DNA of 64,000 nucleotides, taken from NCBI GenBank assembly GCA_951406725.2, contig OX597818.1, positions 78,802,001 through 78,866,000 on the forward strand, read 5' to 3'. Position numbers and translations under genes: made by a program. Below the pieces are notes generated by a model. The model did not search any database and had not been told where the DNA came from. It saw only the letters and a program-made list of their open reading frames with translations. Below are positions 24,581 to 37,509 of this stretch, piece after piece. Position 1 is the first letter of the stretch. The number at the start of each line of letters is the position of its first letter. This DNA is from Octopus vulgaris. Its lineage: Eukaryota.

Positions 24581-26909
24581 ATGGAGTTATTGAATATTAA
24601 CGCATCTCTTAAGGACATTCCTATTCCACCTAAGAATGTTTTCCTTAAACAACTTGTCAATAAGATAAATTCATTCATCAACCGAATAAGATGGCTTACC
24701 TTTTTCTTTGACAAAAATGACACTCAACAACACACTAATGATAAAACATATGAGTTCAAAAAGTTATTTAAATCTAAAAATAGTCCGCCGCCTAACCCAA
24801 GATTGAAGCAATTTGAAGATGATCTCTGGTCCATTGTGAGAAATGTAAAATTTCAACGATCACCACTAAGAAATAAACATCTGAGGTATCTTCGCAACAT
24901 CACCAAAGAAATCAATTCTATGGATACTATGTTGGTTCAATCTGATAAGACTGGAAATCTGTACAAACTTTATAAAGACTATTATTTGGAATTACTTAAA
25001 AAAGAAATTCAGAGAAAAGTATAAAATTGCTGATAAAAGAATACTTAAGAAAGCCAACATTGAGGCTATGAAAATCATGGAGAAATATAACTTACAAATG
25101 AAGACAGAACCACTTGTTCCTAAGCAACCTCGGTTCATTTTGAAGGATCACTAACCAAATGTTTTTACTAACCCATCATTAAGGCTTATCTGCCCTTCTA
25201 GCTCTGACATCGGTATCCTTAGTAAAAATATACTAGATAAATATATTCCTAATTTAATCAAAACATTAAAACTTAGTTTATGGACTAATTCGTTTGAAGT
25301 AGTTGACTGGTTTAGTTCTATTAACAATAAGGTGAGTACTAAGTTTATCCAGTTTGATATTTCCAATTTTTATTCATCTATCAATCCAATAGTACTTAAT
25401 AAGGCACTTTGGCTTGCTCATAACAAAGCTGGTCTCACCCGAGAAGAAATTAAAGTTGTTTTGGCAGCCAGAAGATCTATTATTAAATTTGATGATAAGT
25501 TGTGGGTCCGTAAAGACACACCAGATAGTTTCGATATACCAATGGGAAGTTCTGATTCAGCACAGATAGCTGATTTGGTCTGTATATATATTCTTTTTGA
25601 AATGGCAGAAGAGTTCCCTAACATTTATGGAGGTCTATATCGGGATGATTGTTTACTTTACCTCCAAAATGTTTCCAACCAAACGGTACAAAATGTTAAG
25701 AATAGTGTAGTTAATTTTTTCAGTAGAATGGGCTTAAAAATCGTTTTTGATGACGATATGACGAAGGCCAACTTTTTAGATATTACGCTTAATTTACACA
25801 GTGACTCTTACCTCCCATATCGTAAACCGTTGACCAATCTTAAGTACATTAGCACATTTAGTAATCATCCTGGAGCAATTACTAAGAACTTAGTTAAGAA
25901 TATTTCATTTAGATTATCTAAATTATCTGCTAATGTTGATATCTTCAATAATAACGTTGAATTCTATAACTCTGCCTTAATCAAAGCAGGTTATACAGAG
26001 AAAATTTTCTACATAGATTCTGCTCAGTCTAATTGTAAATTCAATAATGTAGATAAGATTTCTAGTCGTAAAAGAATTATTGATAACAAACATAACTTAC
26101 GCACCGATACAAAGCGAATGAAGGCAGATAACCCTTATTTAATCCCCTATTATCGATCTAAAAGTAAATATAACACCTTCAAAAGTAATTACGCTATGAA
26201 TACTAGTAAAAATATTTGGTTAATAATTCCTTACGGGAGACAAATTAAATCTAATCTCCCACTGCTGTTTCGACAAGCTATTGCTAGGAATTTTCCAAAC
26301 AATTCTAGATATTACTCTATAATCAATTCACATAAGGTTAGGATAGGTTTTTCAAACACAAAACATCTCTTGCAAATTATCTCTTCTCATAATAACAAAC
26401 TGTTAAATATTAATACATTTACTAATACTAACATTAATTTAGCTGATACCATCCAACCCTCTAGAAATATTAATAACAAGGTTATTGTATCTGAAGTCAA
26501 TTCCAATAGAATTAAGTTTATGTCAAGTAACTCTAAGATTAAAAATTCTATATACCAGTGTATAATCAGTACTCGTAATAAAGTACGATTTTACATTGGA
26601 AGCACATCGTTAGAGTTATCTAAAAGAATTTCTATCCATTACTCAACATTTAGGGATAGAAATAAACGGAATAGTACCGGTCTCAGCAAACTGATTTGGG
26701 ATTTAAAAGACCACAATGAACAATTTCATTTAGAATGGTTGATTCTCTCAATTTCGATACCATATGACAAAGGCAAGAAATTCTATCTTCTCTGCAATTC
26801 TGAGCTATTTTTCATTATTTTTTCTAAAAATACTCTAGTAAACACGGCTATAGAGCGAGCATACAGATGTAAGCATTGGCAAAAACATACATTTAGTGCA
26901 TATAAGTAG
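24581..26909 (+). pseudogene. PLE reverse transcriptase-GIY-YIG endonuclease ORF with one frameshift (~25020) and one nonsense codon (25152)
   Basis: SLKDIPIP..RIRW, SDKTGNLY, LKDH*PN, FIQFDISNFYSSI, FDIPMGSSDSAQIADLV, GLYRDDCL, IYQ..FYIGST..RISIH, CKH. Confidence 0.92.
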
Positions 26910-27110
26910 TCTCTATCATTATATATAATTTAGACTTTAATTTCCTTTATATTTAACATTCACTATTAATATCACTACTCTTTCTGTTAGCTACTTATGA
27001 CGTTATATCATATAACGTTTTTTTAAACAATATTAATAGCGTTCTGTCTATCGCTATACAAATCCATCATTTTTTGCTAAAATGTCTTATTGACGAGTTT
27101 TGTTTTTTTC

Positions 27111-27196
27111 ACTTTCCCGAGGAGAAGATTGCATTGTTTATACCATTTATTCTTTTGAATAGTATCAGTGGAATTTTCGAAACATGTGTCGAAAGT
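27111..27196 (+). ncRNA. Hammerhead copy in the 3' terminal repeat with core mutation U4C
   Basis: actttc-CCGAGGA-...-GAAAC-atgt-GTC-gaaagt. Confidence 0.75.
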
Positions 27197-27247
27197 AAAA
27201 ATATTTGATTACACCTGCGTTAACTCCATTTTTTATTCATATATATA

Positions 27248-27430
27248 TACCGATGATTAAGTAAATTGCAAAATAATAATAAAAACGTATATATTTGGTA
27301 GAATAACGACACGTGTTTTTTTCTAATTTTTATATATATATTATATTTTGTGAAATTTAATTTAGTATTTCTAAATTGAATTTTTCCCTGTATGTTAGGA
27401 ATAATATTTCCTCAAATTATTATTATACAT

Positions 27431-27462
<32 letters not shown>

Positions 27463-27643
27463 GTATAATAATAATTTGAGGAAATATTATTCCTAACATA
27501 CAGGGAAAAATTCAATTTAGAAATACTAAATCAAATTTCACAAAATATAATATATATATAAAAATTAGAAAAAAACACGTGTCGTTATTCTACCAAATAT
27601 ATACGTTTTTATTATTATTTTGCAATTTACTTAATCATCGGTA
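27248..27643. repeat. Near-perfect ~183-bp inverted repeat around a (TA)n spacer; probable inverted PLE terminal-repeat pair
   Basis: 27248-27430 is the reverse complement of 27461-27643. The right arm holds a decayed hammerhead aataat-TTGAGGA...AAAAC-acgt-GTC-gttatt. Confidence 0.9.
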
Positions 27644-28734
27644 TACTATTGCTTTTTTTATTTTTAATATTTCTATTATATGTAATTTTCTAGATGGTAT
27701 AATTTAATTGTTCATTTTGAATTGATAAAATGTAGTTTTTTTCTAATATATATATATATATGCATATGTATATATATATATAAAGTTAGAGTGCAATATG
27801 CACCTGTTTGCACGCATCTCCAAAGCCACGCATCTCTCACTATATGTAAACATGCAGGGAGAATGTAGCAAATATACTAAGAAACACAGTCGTCCCCATT
27901 TGTAAAACTATAACGAGGATAGTAGACATCCCAGTATCAATTCATTTTGCTTTCTGTGCCGAGAAACACTTTAAAGCTCATTAGCTAGGCTTACTACGTA
28001 AACTATTTTTAAAAATATATTTACCATTCCGTGCGCATCTGCTCAGTTGAAGGCCCTGCAACTTCCAAACGCATATTAGCGAACAAGTATCAATTCAATC
28101 AAATAAATTATCATTATCTTTAAAGAAACGTAATGAGAAATGGCCGGCAAACATAACCAAATAGGTAAAATATATACAATATGCACCTGTTTGCTAGAAA
28201 GAAGAGTTAAAACTCTCCATAACCATGCAGTTCTCACTATATGTAAACACGCTGGCCACATTACCATTATTGTTTTAAAGATAATGATAATTTAATTGAA
28301 TTTTGAATATATACTTGCTCGCCAATGTTCGTTTGGAAATCGCGGGGCTTTCAGCTTAACAAACTATCTATACTTCAATGGGGAAAACTGCTTATTAATT
28401 AGGTATATAACAATTACTAAAGGTACTAAAAGAAAGCAATATAAAAAGCTGGAAATATTTTTATAAATTCATGTTCCAAGAAATTTCCTATAATTTCGAT
28501 TTATGAAGTTTTTAAAAAATTCTTTTTTAACTCCAAATTCTCGCAAATTTAAATACTTATTTACATTAACTGCGTCCAATTCTTAATAAATTTAAATATT
28601 CATTGCATTTCTTGCGGAGTAAATTTTAATGTTTAGTAATAAACAATATTAATTCGTTGCAGGCGACATTTTACGCTTTTATTTGCAATAGTCTCTCATT
28701 CTCGTTCGCCTCCATTTTCATTCTTTTTAAAACT

Positions 28735-29110
28735 TTTATTCATTTCAGTCATTTGACTGCGGCCACGCTGGAGCACCGCCTTTAATCAAATAAATCGACC
28801 CCAGGACCTATTCTTTGTAAGGCTTGTACTTATTCTATCGGTCTCTTTTGCCGAATCGCGAAGCCACGGGGACATAAAAAACACCAGCATCGGCTGTCGA
28901 GTGACAGTGGGGGGACAAACACAGACACACAGACACACACACATATACGACATGCGTCTTTCAGTTTCCGTTTACCAGATCTATTCAGAAGGCTTTGATC
29001 GGCCCGAGGCTATAATAGAAGACACTTGCCCAAGGTGCCACGCTGTGGGACTGAACCCAGAACCATGTGGTTGGGAAGCAAGCTTCTTACCACACAACCA
29101 CGCCTGCGCC
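28735..29110 (-). mobile_element. tRNA-derived CORE-like SINE, family B
   Basis: ggcgcaggcgtggttgtgtggtaagaagc...gggttcagtccc...gtggcaccttgggcaagtgtctt, internal (TG)n, AT-rich tail. Confidence 0.8.
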
Positions 29111-29266
29111 TAATGATAATTAAAAAAAAAGCTATATAACTTTAATACGTGGCGCAATTTCAAGAATAGTATCAGTTTCTGGAGTTTGTTAACTGAATAT
29201 TTTTGATAAAATGAAAATTCTTTAATACACTGTTATAATTTTTTAAAATGAAGAAGTGATTTTAGG

Positions 29267-29387
29267 CGGAGGTAAAGAATATGCACACCACCTGTTCTCG
29301 GTGTAACAAAAACCGTCACCGTAACCCTAAACCTTAACCCTAACTCTAATCCTAAACAGCGGGTGTGCGTATTATTTACCTTTGCCG
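29267..29387. mobile_element. ~120-bp MITE enclosing degenerate (TAACCC)n
   Basis: TIRs ggtaaagaatatgcacaccacctgtt / aacagcgggtgtgcgtattatttacc. Confidence 0.6.
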
Positions 29388-29560
29388 TGATTTAGTTGAT
29401 ATGGCTGCTTGGAGTAATAACGCCTTACAATAATAACTGTGTGATCGTTGCTATTTCTAATACGTTAAACAAGATAGTTTTTAACAAGCTTTCACTTATA
29501 CGATTTTTTCATTTCGTTTACTCTCATTCAATGTTTGCAATGTTCTCTCCCCCCTCTCCC

Positions 29561-29593
<33 letters not shown>

Positions 29594-29719
29594 AACATAC
29601 ACTATCACTCTAATATGAATGCATACACTCTAGGTTTGATTTCTTCATTACACAAATATTACATTTGTATTTTCCAATTCAACATGAGTAGTTAAAAAAA
29701 AAGACTGAAAAAGAAAATT

Positions 29720-30565
29720 TTGCAGCAAAGGCCCAACGACAGAGAGAAAGACGGGCAACTGAATTCAGATGAAACCAGAGCAAGGCGACTGGAACAGATG
29801 TCTGAATATGTACGGAGACGTAGACATGACTCTGTTCCCGCCACACATGACCGACTGGTTAGGGTATCTCGAGAGGAGAATATTCTAATTCAAAATAATG
29901 GTGACAGATCCCAAATTGATGATGCAGCACTAAAGGGATCTTTTCTTTGGGATCATGTGGAAGTAGTGGAGTTGACAACCAATCTAAGACTTCTTACAGA
30001 AAGTCATTCTGATGAAAGAGAGTTTGCTAATTACCTTCTTGATGTAGGAAATGGTGACATTTCTATTGAACAAAGCCTGGGTGAATTCAAAATCAAACTA
30101 CCCAATGACCTTTGCTTTGAAAGTGGTACTCTTTCAGATCCACGTGATTTTGTATATGCTGAACTAAAAAATAACTTCACAAATTCTGTGAAATGAAGCA
30201 GCACAATTTCTGAATGATTTCCTGTTGACCAGGATCCCTGGTGAGTGAAAAATATACAGAAGGTAGATACAGTTGATAATGAAACTCTGTACCCAATCAA
30301 GTTCATCAACAAACTTACACCATTAGGGTTTCCACCACATATTCTCAAACTGAAGAGAAAGTGCTGCATAATGCTTCTGAGAAATTTAGATGCTTCTACT
30401 GGATATTACAATGGCAAACGATACATCATTGTCAGTTTACATGATCATGTTATAGAGGCTAAGGTTGCTTCTGGTCCTTATGCAGGATCAACTCTGCTAA
30501 TCCCAAGAATACCACATGTGTCTCAAGAAATGGAATTTCCATTCACATTTACATGCAAACAATTT
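29720..30565 (+). mobile_element. Internally deleted Helitron RepHel relic
   Basis: LKGSFLWDHVEVVELTTNLRL..FANYLLDVGNG, GFPPHILKLKRKCCIMLLRNLD...NGKRYI...LIPRIP...FTCKQF. Confidence 0.88.
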
Positions 30566-31459
30566 ATATATTAATTTACTTAATATATATTTATTGCAAT
30601 TTTTTCATTTCAAGTTTTATTTCGTTACTTCAGATGAGGAAATCAGGTGTTTTGTTGACTTAAATTCGTTGTGTAAATGCCCTCAGTTTATTGCTTATAC
30701 ATACTAGAAAAAAAAATTATATTGGACAACTTATTAAAAGTTACTGAAGCTTCGAACTCATGTGACTTATTTCCTTTCCGTCGCTATCTAAGAATTAGCA
30801 AGTGAATTTGTCACTATGGCTATTTGATACGCTATAGGTATTAAAATATCTCTATGTGATCGCTGCTATTTTTTGGCACCTTAAATGTAGTTGGACTACC
30901 TTGATGTTTATTTAAAAAAGAGGGATTATGACTGTGATAAAATAATGAAAGCAATATTTACTAAGCAAGTGAGCACTATAATAAAAGAAAATAATTAGAC
31001 TTAAAATATCATAAAAATGATTAGAATTGGGAATCAAATGTGGAAATTTTATCGAGTGGCTAGCAAGAAACCCGGAATCTTGAAAACCCCCGATGAAAAA
31101 GGATGAAAGTGCTAGACTTAACTAATTTTCCTTTTTCCTGTATTTTCTTTATTTTTTTTGTTTTCTTCCTTTATGAAAATTCGAGGAAATGGGATTACAA
31201 TTTCATTTTCCATAAATTTTTCATATCTTTTTTACTATTCTTTAATTAATTCTATAAATGACAGAGAATTCTATTCCTGTGTATATATGTATGTATGTTT
31301 TTTAAGATTTAAGTTTTTCTTCATGGAGTTAAAGATGGTCGCTAACAAAGTGACAAATTTTTGCAAGTTAAGACACTTAAACCCAGTTCCTGTGAGTTGT
31401 AAATATATGGTTGAAGTAATATGTACCTACACGCATATATAAATATATATATATGCGTG

Positions 31460-31532
<73 letters not shown>

Positions 31533-31536
31533 GCAC

Positions 31537-31822
31537 GGGAACGAGAATGGGCCCCAACTATGTGAACCTGTTCGTTGGCTACGTTGAGGCCCAAATATTC
31601 TCAAGTTTCACTGGCCCCACTCCTGAACTATACGGTCGTTATATTGACGACTGTATCGGTGCGACCTCACTCTCCCGCGAACATCTAGACTCCTTCCTCT
31701 CTTTTGTCAAATCTTTCCATCCTGCCCTCCACTTCTCCTGCACTATTTCCGACACTTCAGTCGCCTTTCTCGACATTTTATTTAGTATTCCTCACTCCGC
31801 TCTCACCACCTCCATCTACTAC
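31537..31822 (+). mobile_element. Isolated PLE reverse-transcriptase fragment next to (TA)n
   Basis: GTRMGPNYVNLFVGYVE...YGRYIDDCIG...FHPALHFS...VAFLDI...TTSIYY. Confidence 0.85.
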
Positions 31823-32030
31823 TCTTTAAAAATCTGCCAAATGTCTTACATAGTTCCATTTTCCTATTAGGCAGGTAATTAACTAGCAGTTTTGATACGT
31901 CATATTTTATGTTGTCTTCAGTATCTTTAACAAACGCATGCACAACTACTTCATGAATGTTACCACCCTCTCCCTCACTCTCTCTACCAATATTTCTCTC
32001 TCTGTATGTATGTATGTATGTATGTATGTA

Positions 32031-32139
<109 letters not shown>

Positions 32140-33704
32140 ACATGCATTCATGCGTACGCACATCTACATACATATTTTGCTCGTATATACAGGAGAAATT
32201 TGCTGCATTTAATTTTAAGGCGATAATATTTTTCTTTTGATAATTAGCATTTATTTCCTCATATTCCCTAACATTACCCATGGAGGCAAAATATATTTCT
32301 AAAGTTACCCGACATGTGACACACATCCCATACATATGCATACACACACTACACACACACACATTTACGGAGAAACGAAGGTGGTACACACACACACACA
32401 TACATATATGCGTGTGTGTGTATATCTGTAATTATATATTTAGAGACATACACTCGCGTGCACATATACCATACCCAGTGTCTGAAACCATTGATTATAA
32501 CTTCTGTCGTTACCATCACCTGTGCTGTTCGTCATTGATAAATCGAACTTAATTTCGCTAAACCTTGTCGGTCATAAATCAATTGTCCTTCTTGTCAGTA
32601 GCAAACATACACCAAATCCCTTATTGTACCTCATGCAAACAATCTTTATCTCTTCTACACAATCTCTCTCTCTTTCTCTCCACACGCGCGCGTACACACA
32701 CACACATCGACTCATACACACACACACATATCGCTTGAATGTTCAAATTAACATGAAAAACAGTATTTAAATCGGTTTACCTCGCTATTTAATGTATTTA
32801 CCAAAGCCTAGTTTGTCATAAACAAAATCCTATGTGAATATATTATAAAATCATGACCACCAAGGAACTTGAGTAAGTAGCAGAGTGCCCGAATATTTTA
32901 TTTTGGTGCCTGTGTTTTGGACATCTGTTTCTGGGTTCATATTTGCCAAAGACTTTCATTGTTATAATATCCATTTATATTCCAGTTTAATTAATCCTTT
33001 CTCAGACAGGTAAGGCCACAATCTATTTTTCTGAGTGCGGAGCGTGGTAGGTGAGTAAATCGATCCCAGTGTTTGATTGGTATTTTACTTCATCGACCTC
33101 AAAAGGATGAAAAGTAAAGAGCGTAAAGGATCGGAAGAAATACCGCCATGACTAATCTGCCAATTCGCTGATCTTAGTTCAGCCTAATTAATACTCACTG
33201 GACTCATGAAATCAGCAACCATTAATCAATAGTATCGAGTATGGCAGAAAGAAAAAAGAAAAGCGATAAACTTCTGAAAAAATGAGTTTCTTATTCAGCT
33301 TATTTTGCTGTTCCAAGGCAGCAAGCTGGTTAAAACATTAAAATGTCAAGCAAATGTTTAAAAGTATTTTTTCCAGCTCTTTATGTTTAGAGTTCAAATT
33401 CGACCAAAGTCAGCATTACCTATCATCCTTTCCGGGTCAGTAATGTAATGTATTAGCTGAGCACTGGAGTCAATGTAATCGACTTGTCCCCTCTCTCAAA
33501 ATTCCAGGCCTTGTACCTCTAATATTAGAATTGGTTATTATTATTATTTCCATATACACACAACAGATTAGACTGTTAGAAAAGAGAAAATTCTAACATC
33601 AGCTACAAGTAATCTCAGATGCCAAGAACCCTTCTGAGTATTCTAGCTGTTTTCTGGAGATGTACTAAACTAGGTTTTATACCTATTTCCTCTCTCCATC
33701 TGGT

Positions 33705-33892
33705 GAAATCGACCTGAAGAAAATTTTAACTGAGCCCCACCTGCAAGGTCATGCGCTGATTGTCTTGATATGAGATCACCATGTCGCGCACATATGGTTG
33801 TGATGCATGTGCCAGGTAGTCATGATAGTTATACTGGGCTTCGTATATTTTACCCCAGTGTCACTTTGATGGTATGCACTGCTCTCTCACTC

Positions 33893-33894
<2 letters not shown>
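33705..33894 (+). mobile_element. (TAA)n-associated element, 3' fragment
   Basis: Matches the 3' ~190 bp of 17237-17772 and ends in (AAT)n. Confidence 0.8.
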
Positions 33895-33940
<46 letters not shown>

Positions 33941-34069
33941 TATTATTATTATAATTATAGACATCGCACAGTATACAATATCGTGGGGTTGTTAATTGAA
34001 GATACTGTGTCTACCGGGGGTTTGTACTGCTTGTCAAGTCACAAGGACCTTAGACAGGCAGTACTTTAT

Positions 34070-34677
34070 GCACGTGGAGCTTTCGTATTGTGTCCGCGCA
34101 TTACTGACTTCTGAAGCTTTGTAGAACAGCTGTTGTCACTTGGAGGATGGATCCGGGTATCGTCCGAGATCATTGTGAAGATCACCCCGTCGCTTGATCG
34201 GGAAGGGAGGGCGATTTTTCTCTGTCTGGTGGATATGGCAAAAGAGGTTGTGTGGTGGATGCAATTGAAAGGTTACTCTTTTGCCAAGGCCTCATTGACT
34301 TTTTCAGGTTCCACCTGAAAAGGAAAGTGAGGGTGGTGTGGGAAGTATTGTCACCCAGTAAGTTCGTTGAAAGGTGGGTGAATGTGGCCAGAATGGCCCG
34401 CGTGAATGAGCCTAATCTAAGTGTGCGCCTGTAGGCCGGAAGGAAGGGAAAAGAGAGGGCGCCTTCCCGAGGAGCCGTTGGTGTTAAATGGTCCAAAGGG
34501 CGTGAAGTCTCTTTGGTCACCTTACGGTGGAACTCCCCCTATTAGGGAAGCATAATGTTGATTTAATCTATTTGTTAATCGTTGTGTTTGTTTGCTGATT
34601 ACACCTTTAACCTCACTGTCCCTCGTCTGTGTAATGTCCTGTATGTTTTGTGTTCGACCCTGGTGGCCAATAAAGAA

Positions 34678-34680
<3 letters not shown>
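34070..34680 (+). mobile_element. 5'-truncated L1-clade (Tx1-like) LINE: ORF2 C-terminus plus 3' UTR
   Basis: AFVLCPRITDF*SFVEQLL...AKEVVWW..., LIDFFRFHLKRKVRV...KFVERW; AATAAA at ~34668 then (TTA)n. Confidence 0.65.
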
Positions 34681-34718
<38 letters not shown>

Positions 34719-37065
34719 GAAAGACCCTCGGATAGTGCTTCATTGCTGGTTATTCTTTACTTGAACGCTGGGATCAATATTATCGACTCATCCCCACCAC
34801 CCACAAGCTGTCCTTGTGGCAAAAATGTGAAATAATAATTATTATTATGAAAGTGAGGGTGGCGAGCTGGCAGAATAGTTGCACACCGGACAAACTACTT
34901 AGCGGCATTTCTTCTGGCTTTACTTTCTGTGGTCAAAGACTCCTCCCTAAAAAGTTCAAGGAAGGGTTATTATTATTAAGGCGGCGATTTATCTGCACCG
35001 TTAGAATGTCAGAAAAATGCTTAGCGGTATTCTGGCTCTGTAAGTTCAGAGTTCAAATTCCGCCGAGGTTAACTTTGCTTTTGGGGTCTATCAAATAAAC
35101 GTGCAAGTCAAGCACTGGAATCGCTGAAATCGACTTAGCTACCTTTCCAAAAGTTACTGGACTTGAACCGAAATTTAAAAAAAAACATTTGAAACCGTTA
35201 TTCTGCTTAGTTTCTTGGTTAAAAACTCACCTCATCGACGAGGTTAGATATCATAAAGAAAGTATGACTGCTACAGAATCTATTTAGTTTTATCTTTATT
35301 TTAACCGGTCAACAACTCTAAATGTTTGCTAATCCACAGATAAGCGTTGAGTTGTTCCTGTGTTTAGTCATATCCTGTTTAACACTAAAAGGATCTGAAA
35401 CGAAGTATAATTAACTGCTGTTATCACGTTTATGTTTTGAGTTCAAATAACGCCGAGAAGGTCATCTCTGCTTTTTATCTTTTCGCGATCAAGGAAATAC
35501 CAATCCTAGCCAGGTTTGGGAATGGATTTATATGTTCCTATAAGGCATCATCGATGTGGATGGAATTAAAATAGAAAATAATGTCTTTCATCCTCCGACA
35601 ACAGTTAAAATAAAGTTTACTAAGTAATAATAAGGAGCAAAGTCGTTCAGTAATATTTACGGAAGGAAAGCATGGCTGTGTGGTTAGGAAGCTCGCTTTG
35701 CAACCACGTGATTCTGGGTTCAGTCCCATTGCACGGCATCTATATATTCTACTATAGCCTCGGGCTTCCCATTACTTTGTGAGTGAATCGATATACGGAA
35801 ACTGGGTGATAGCAAGTCGTACACACACACATAAAATAAATAAAGTGTTTAATCCTTGCGGTATGCAAATTAGTAGCTCCAGATCTTTGTAGCCACAGGA
35901 ATTTTGTAGCGAAAATACAGATTGGCTGCTTGTTTTTCTAGAGTTGGTTAAATTTATGTAGACAACTCTGATTAGAACCCTGTATGGTTCGGATATCGAA
36001 GAGGGATGTTCATAATTTTTTTTCAATCTACGAGGAAATACATTTACCGTGTTTATACATTCACCACATAGGCCACATATATATGTATGTGTGTGTGTAT
36101 ATATATATTAAGTTTGTATATATAGGGGTGTGACTATCCCCACCACCACTTATCAACCAGTATTGGTTTGTTTACGCCTTAAAATGGTGGCGGACCCCAC
36201 AGCTTCTGAGATCGATTCGTTCGACTAAAATCCTTCAAGGAAGTGTCCCAGCATGGCCGTATTCTAATGACCGAAACAAATAAAAGGTAAAAAGATGACT
36301 AATAGATTAACTAAAAGGTCTAACATGATTTTATCGTGACCCGTAGTTGAAATACGGTTAAGTTTTAGCGAATTATCAGATTTTCAGGGAACAATTGGTA
36401 GGGACATGTTTATTTTAATTTTGAGTTTTAAAAAATTGATCAATCGTTTATCAGTGCCTCATTTTGGCTCAATAGACAGTACATCGTGGAAAGGAGATCA
36501 AAGATTGATAGGTTTTATTACGGCGGTGTTAATTAAGATCATTGATCGGTGATCAAATTAGTGCTAAATTTGGTGGACCATGCATATCTTTGAGCAAAAA
36601 ACTTCTACATGCTATCTTTGAAAATGATGCTGGAAGGACAAATTTCCAAAAGAAAATCCTAACTTAATCAGTTAATTAAAGAAAAGGTGAAATCAGTGTC
36701 TACAGTGATTTTAGTTTACACGAACCATTCAGGCCTGGGTACACTGAGTAGTTGCCCGAGGGCTTCACGGGTCTTGGAGTTGAATTCTGATCTTAGTATG
36801 CTGTGGCTTTCTGTCAGTAAATATATACTATAGGACTAGTGCAGTGATTTTTCCCAGGGGTCTATCATGCAGCAAAAACGGCAATGAGTCAGATGTTAGA
36901 GTTATATTCTCCTAACTCGATGATAAAAAGAAACTACATCTCGTTATCACCGTGGTACGTCGATTTGTGTGAAATGGTTGGAGATCCAGGTGAAAGGTTG
37001 AAGAGGTGAAATTCTTTAGTTAACCTGCGAGGAATCTTATACTCTGGAATCTTATACGAAATTCT

Positions 37066-37385
37066 TCGAAGTAAACTTCGGATTTACTAATCAAACAGTA
37101 GTATAAATGTGATTGTATGATCTACACGGATCTTAATGTTTCTCGCTGGTCGATCTAGATAGTCAACTGTGGATTACCACTCAGTGCTTACAAAGTACCT
37201 GCCCGGATTTTAAAATATTCCTAAGGGAATAGGTATTTTAAACTCCAGGCTGATACTTTATAAGCACTTAGTGGTAATTCACACTTTGCTAACTATATCG
37301 ATCAGCGAGAAACATTAAGATCCGTGTAGACCATACAATTAACTTCTATTGCTGTTCGATTAGTAAATCCAAAGATCATTTCGAG
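37066..37385. repeat. ~320-bp fold-back (imperfect palindrome, MITE-like)
   Basis: ggatttactaatc...ctacacggatcttaatgtttctcgctg...taaaata|tcctaagggaatagg|tattttaa...cagcgagaaacattaagatccgtgtag...gattagtaaatcc. Confidence 0.85.
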
Positions 37386-37509
37386 CTGACTGTATTTTAA
37401 TGCTATTTGTGTGATTTTTTTTTCAGGAGAAAACTGCATTGAAAAGCCATTATAGATTCAAATACTCTCACACAGATTTAAACTGGTCTTAATATATATA
37501 TATATATTG

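Larger units (their letters stand above)
24111..27241 (+). mobile_element. Near full-length Penelope-like element (Naiad-like) with ~265-bp direct terminal repeats
   Basis: Direct repeats 24111-24376 and 26977-27241 differ at only about 4 positions. RT plus GIY-YIG ORF between them. (TA)n on both sides. Confidence 0.93.
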
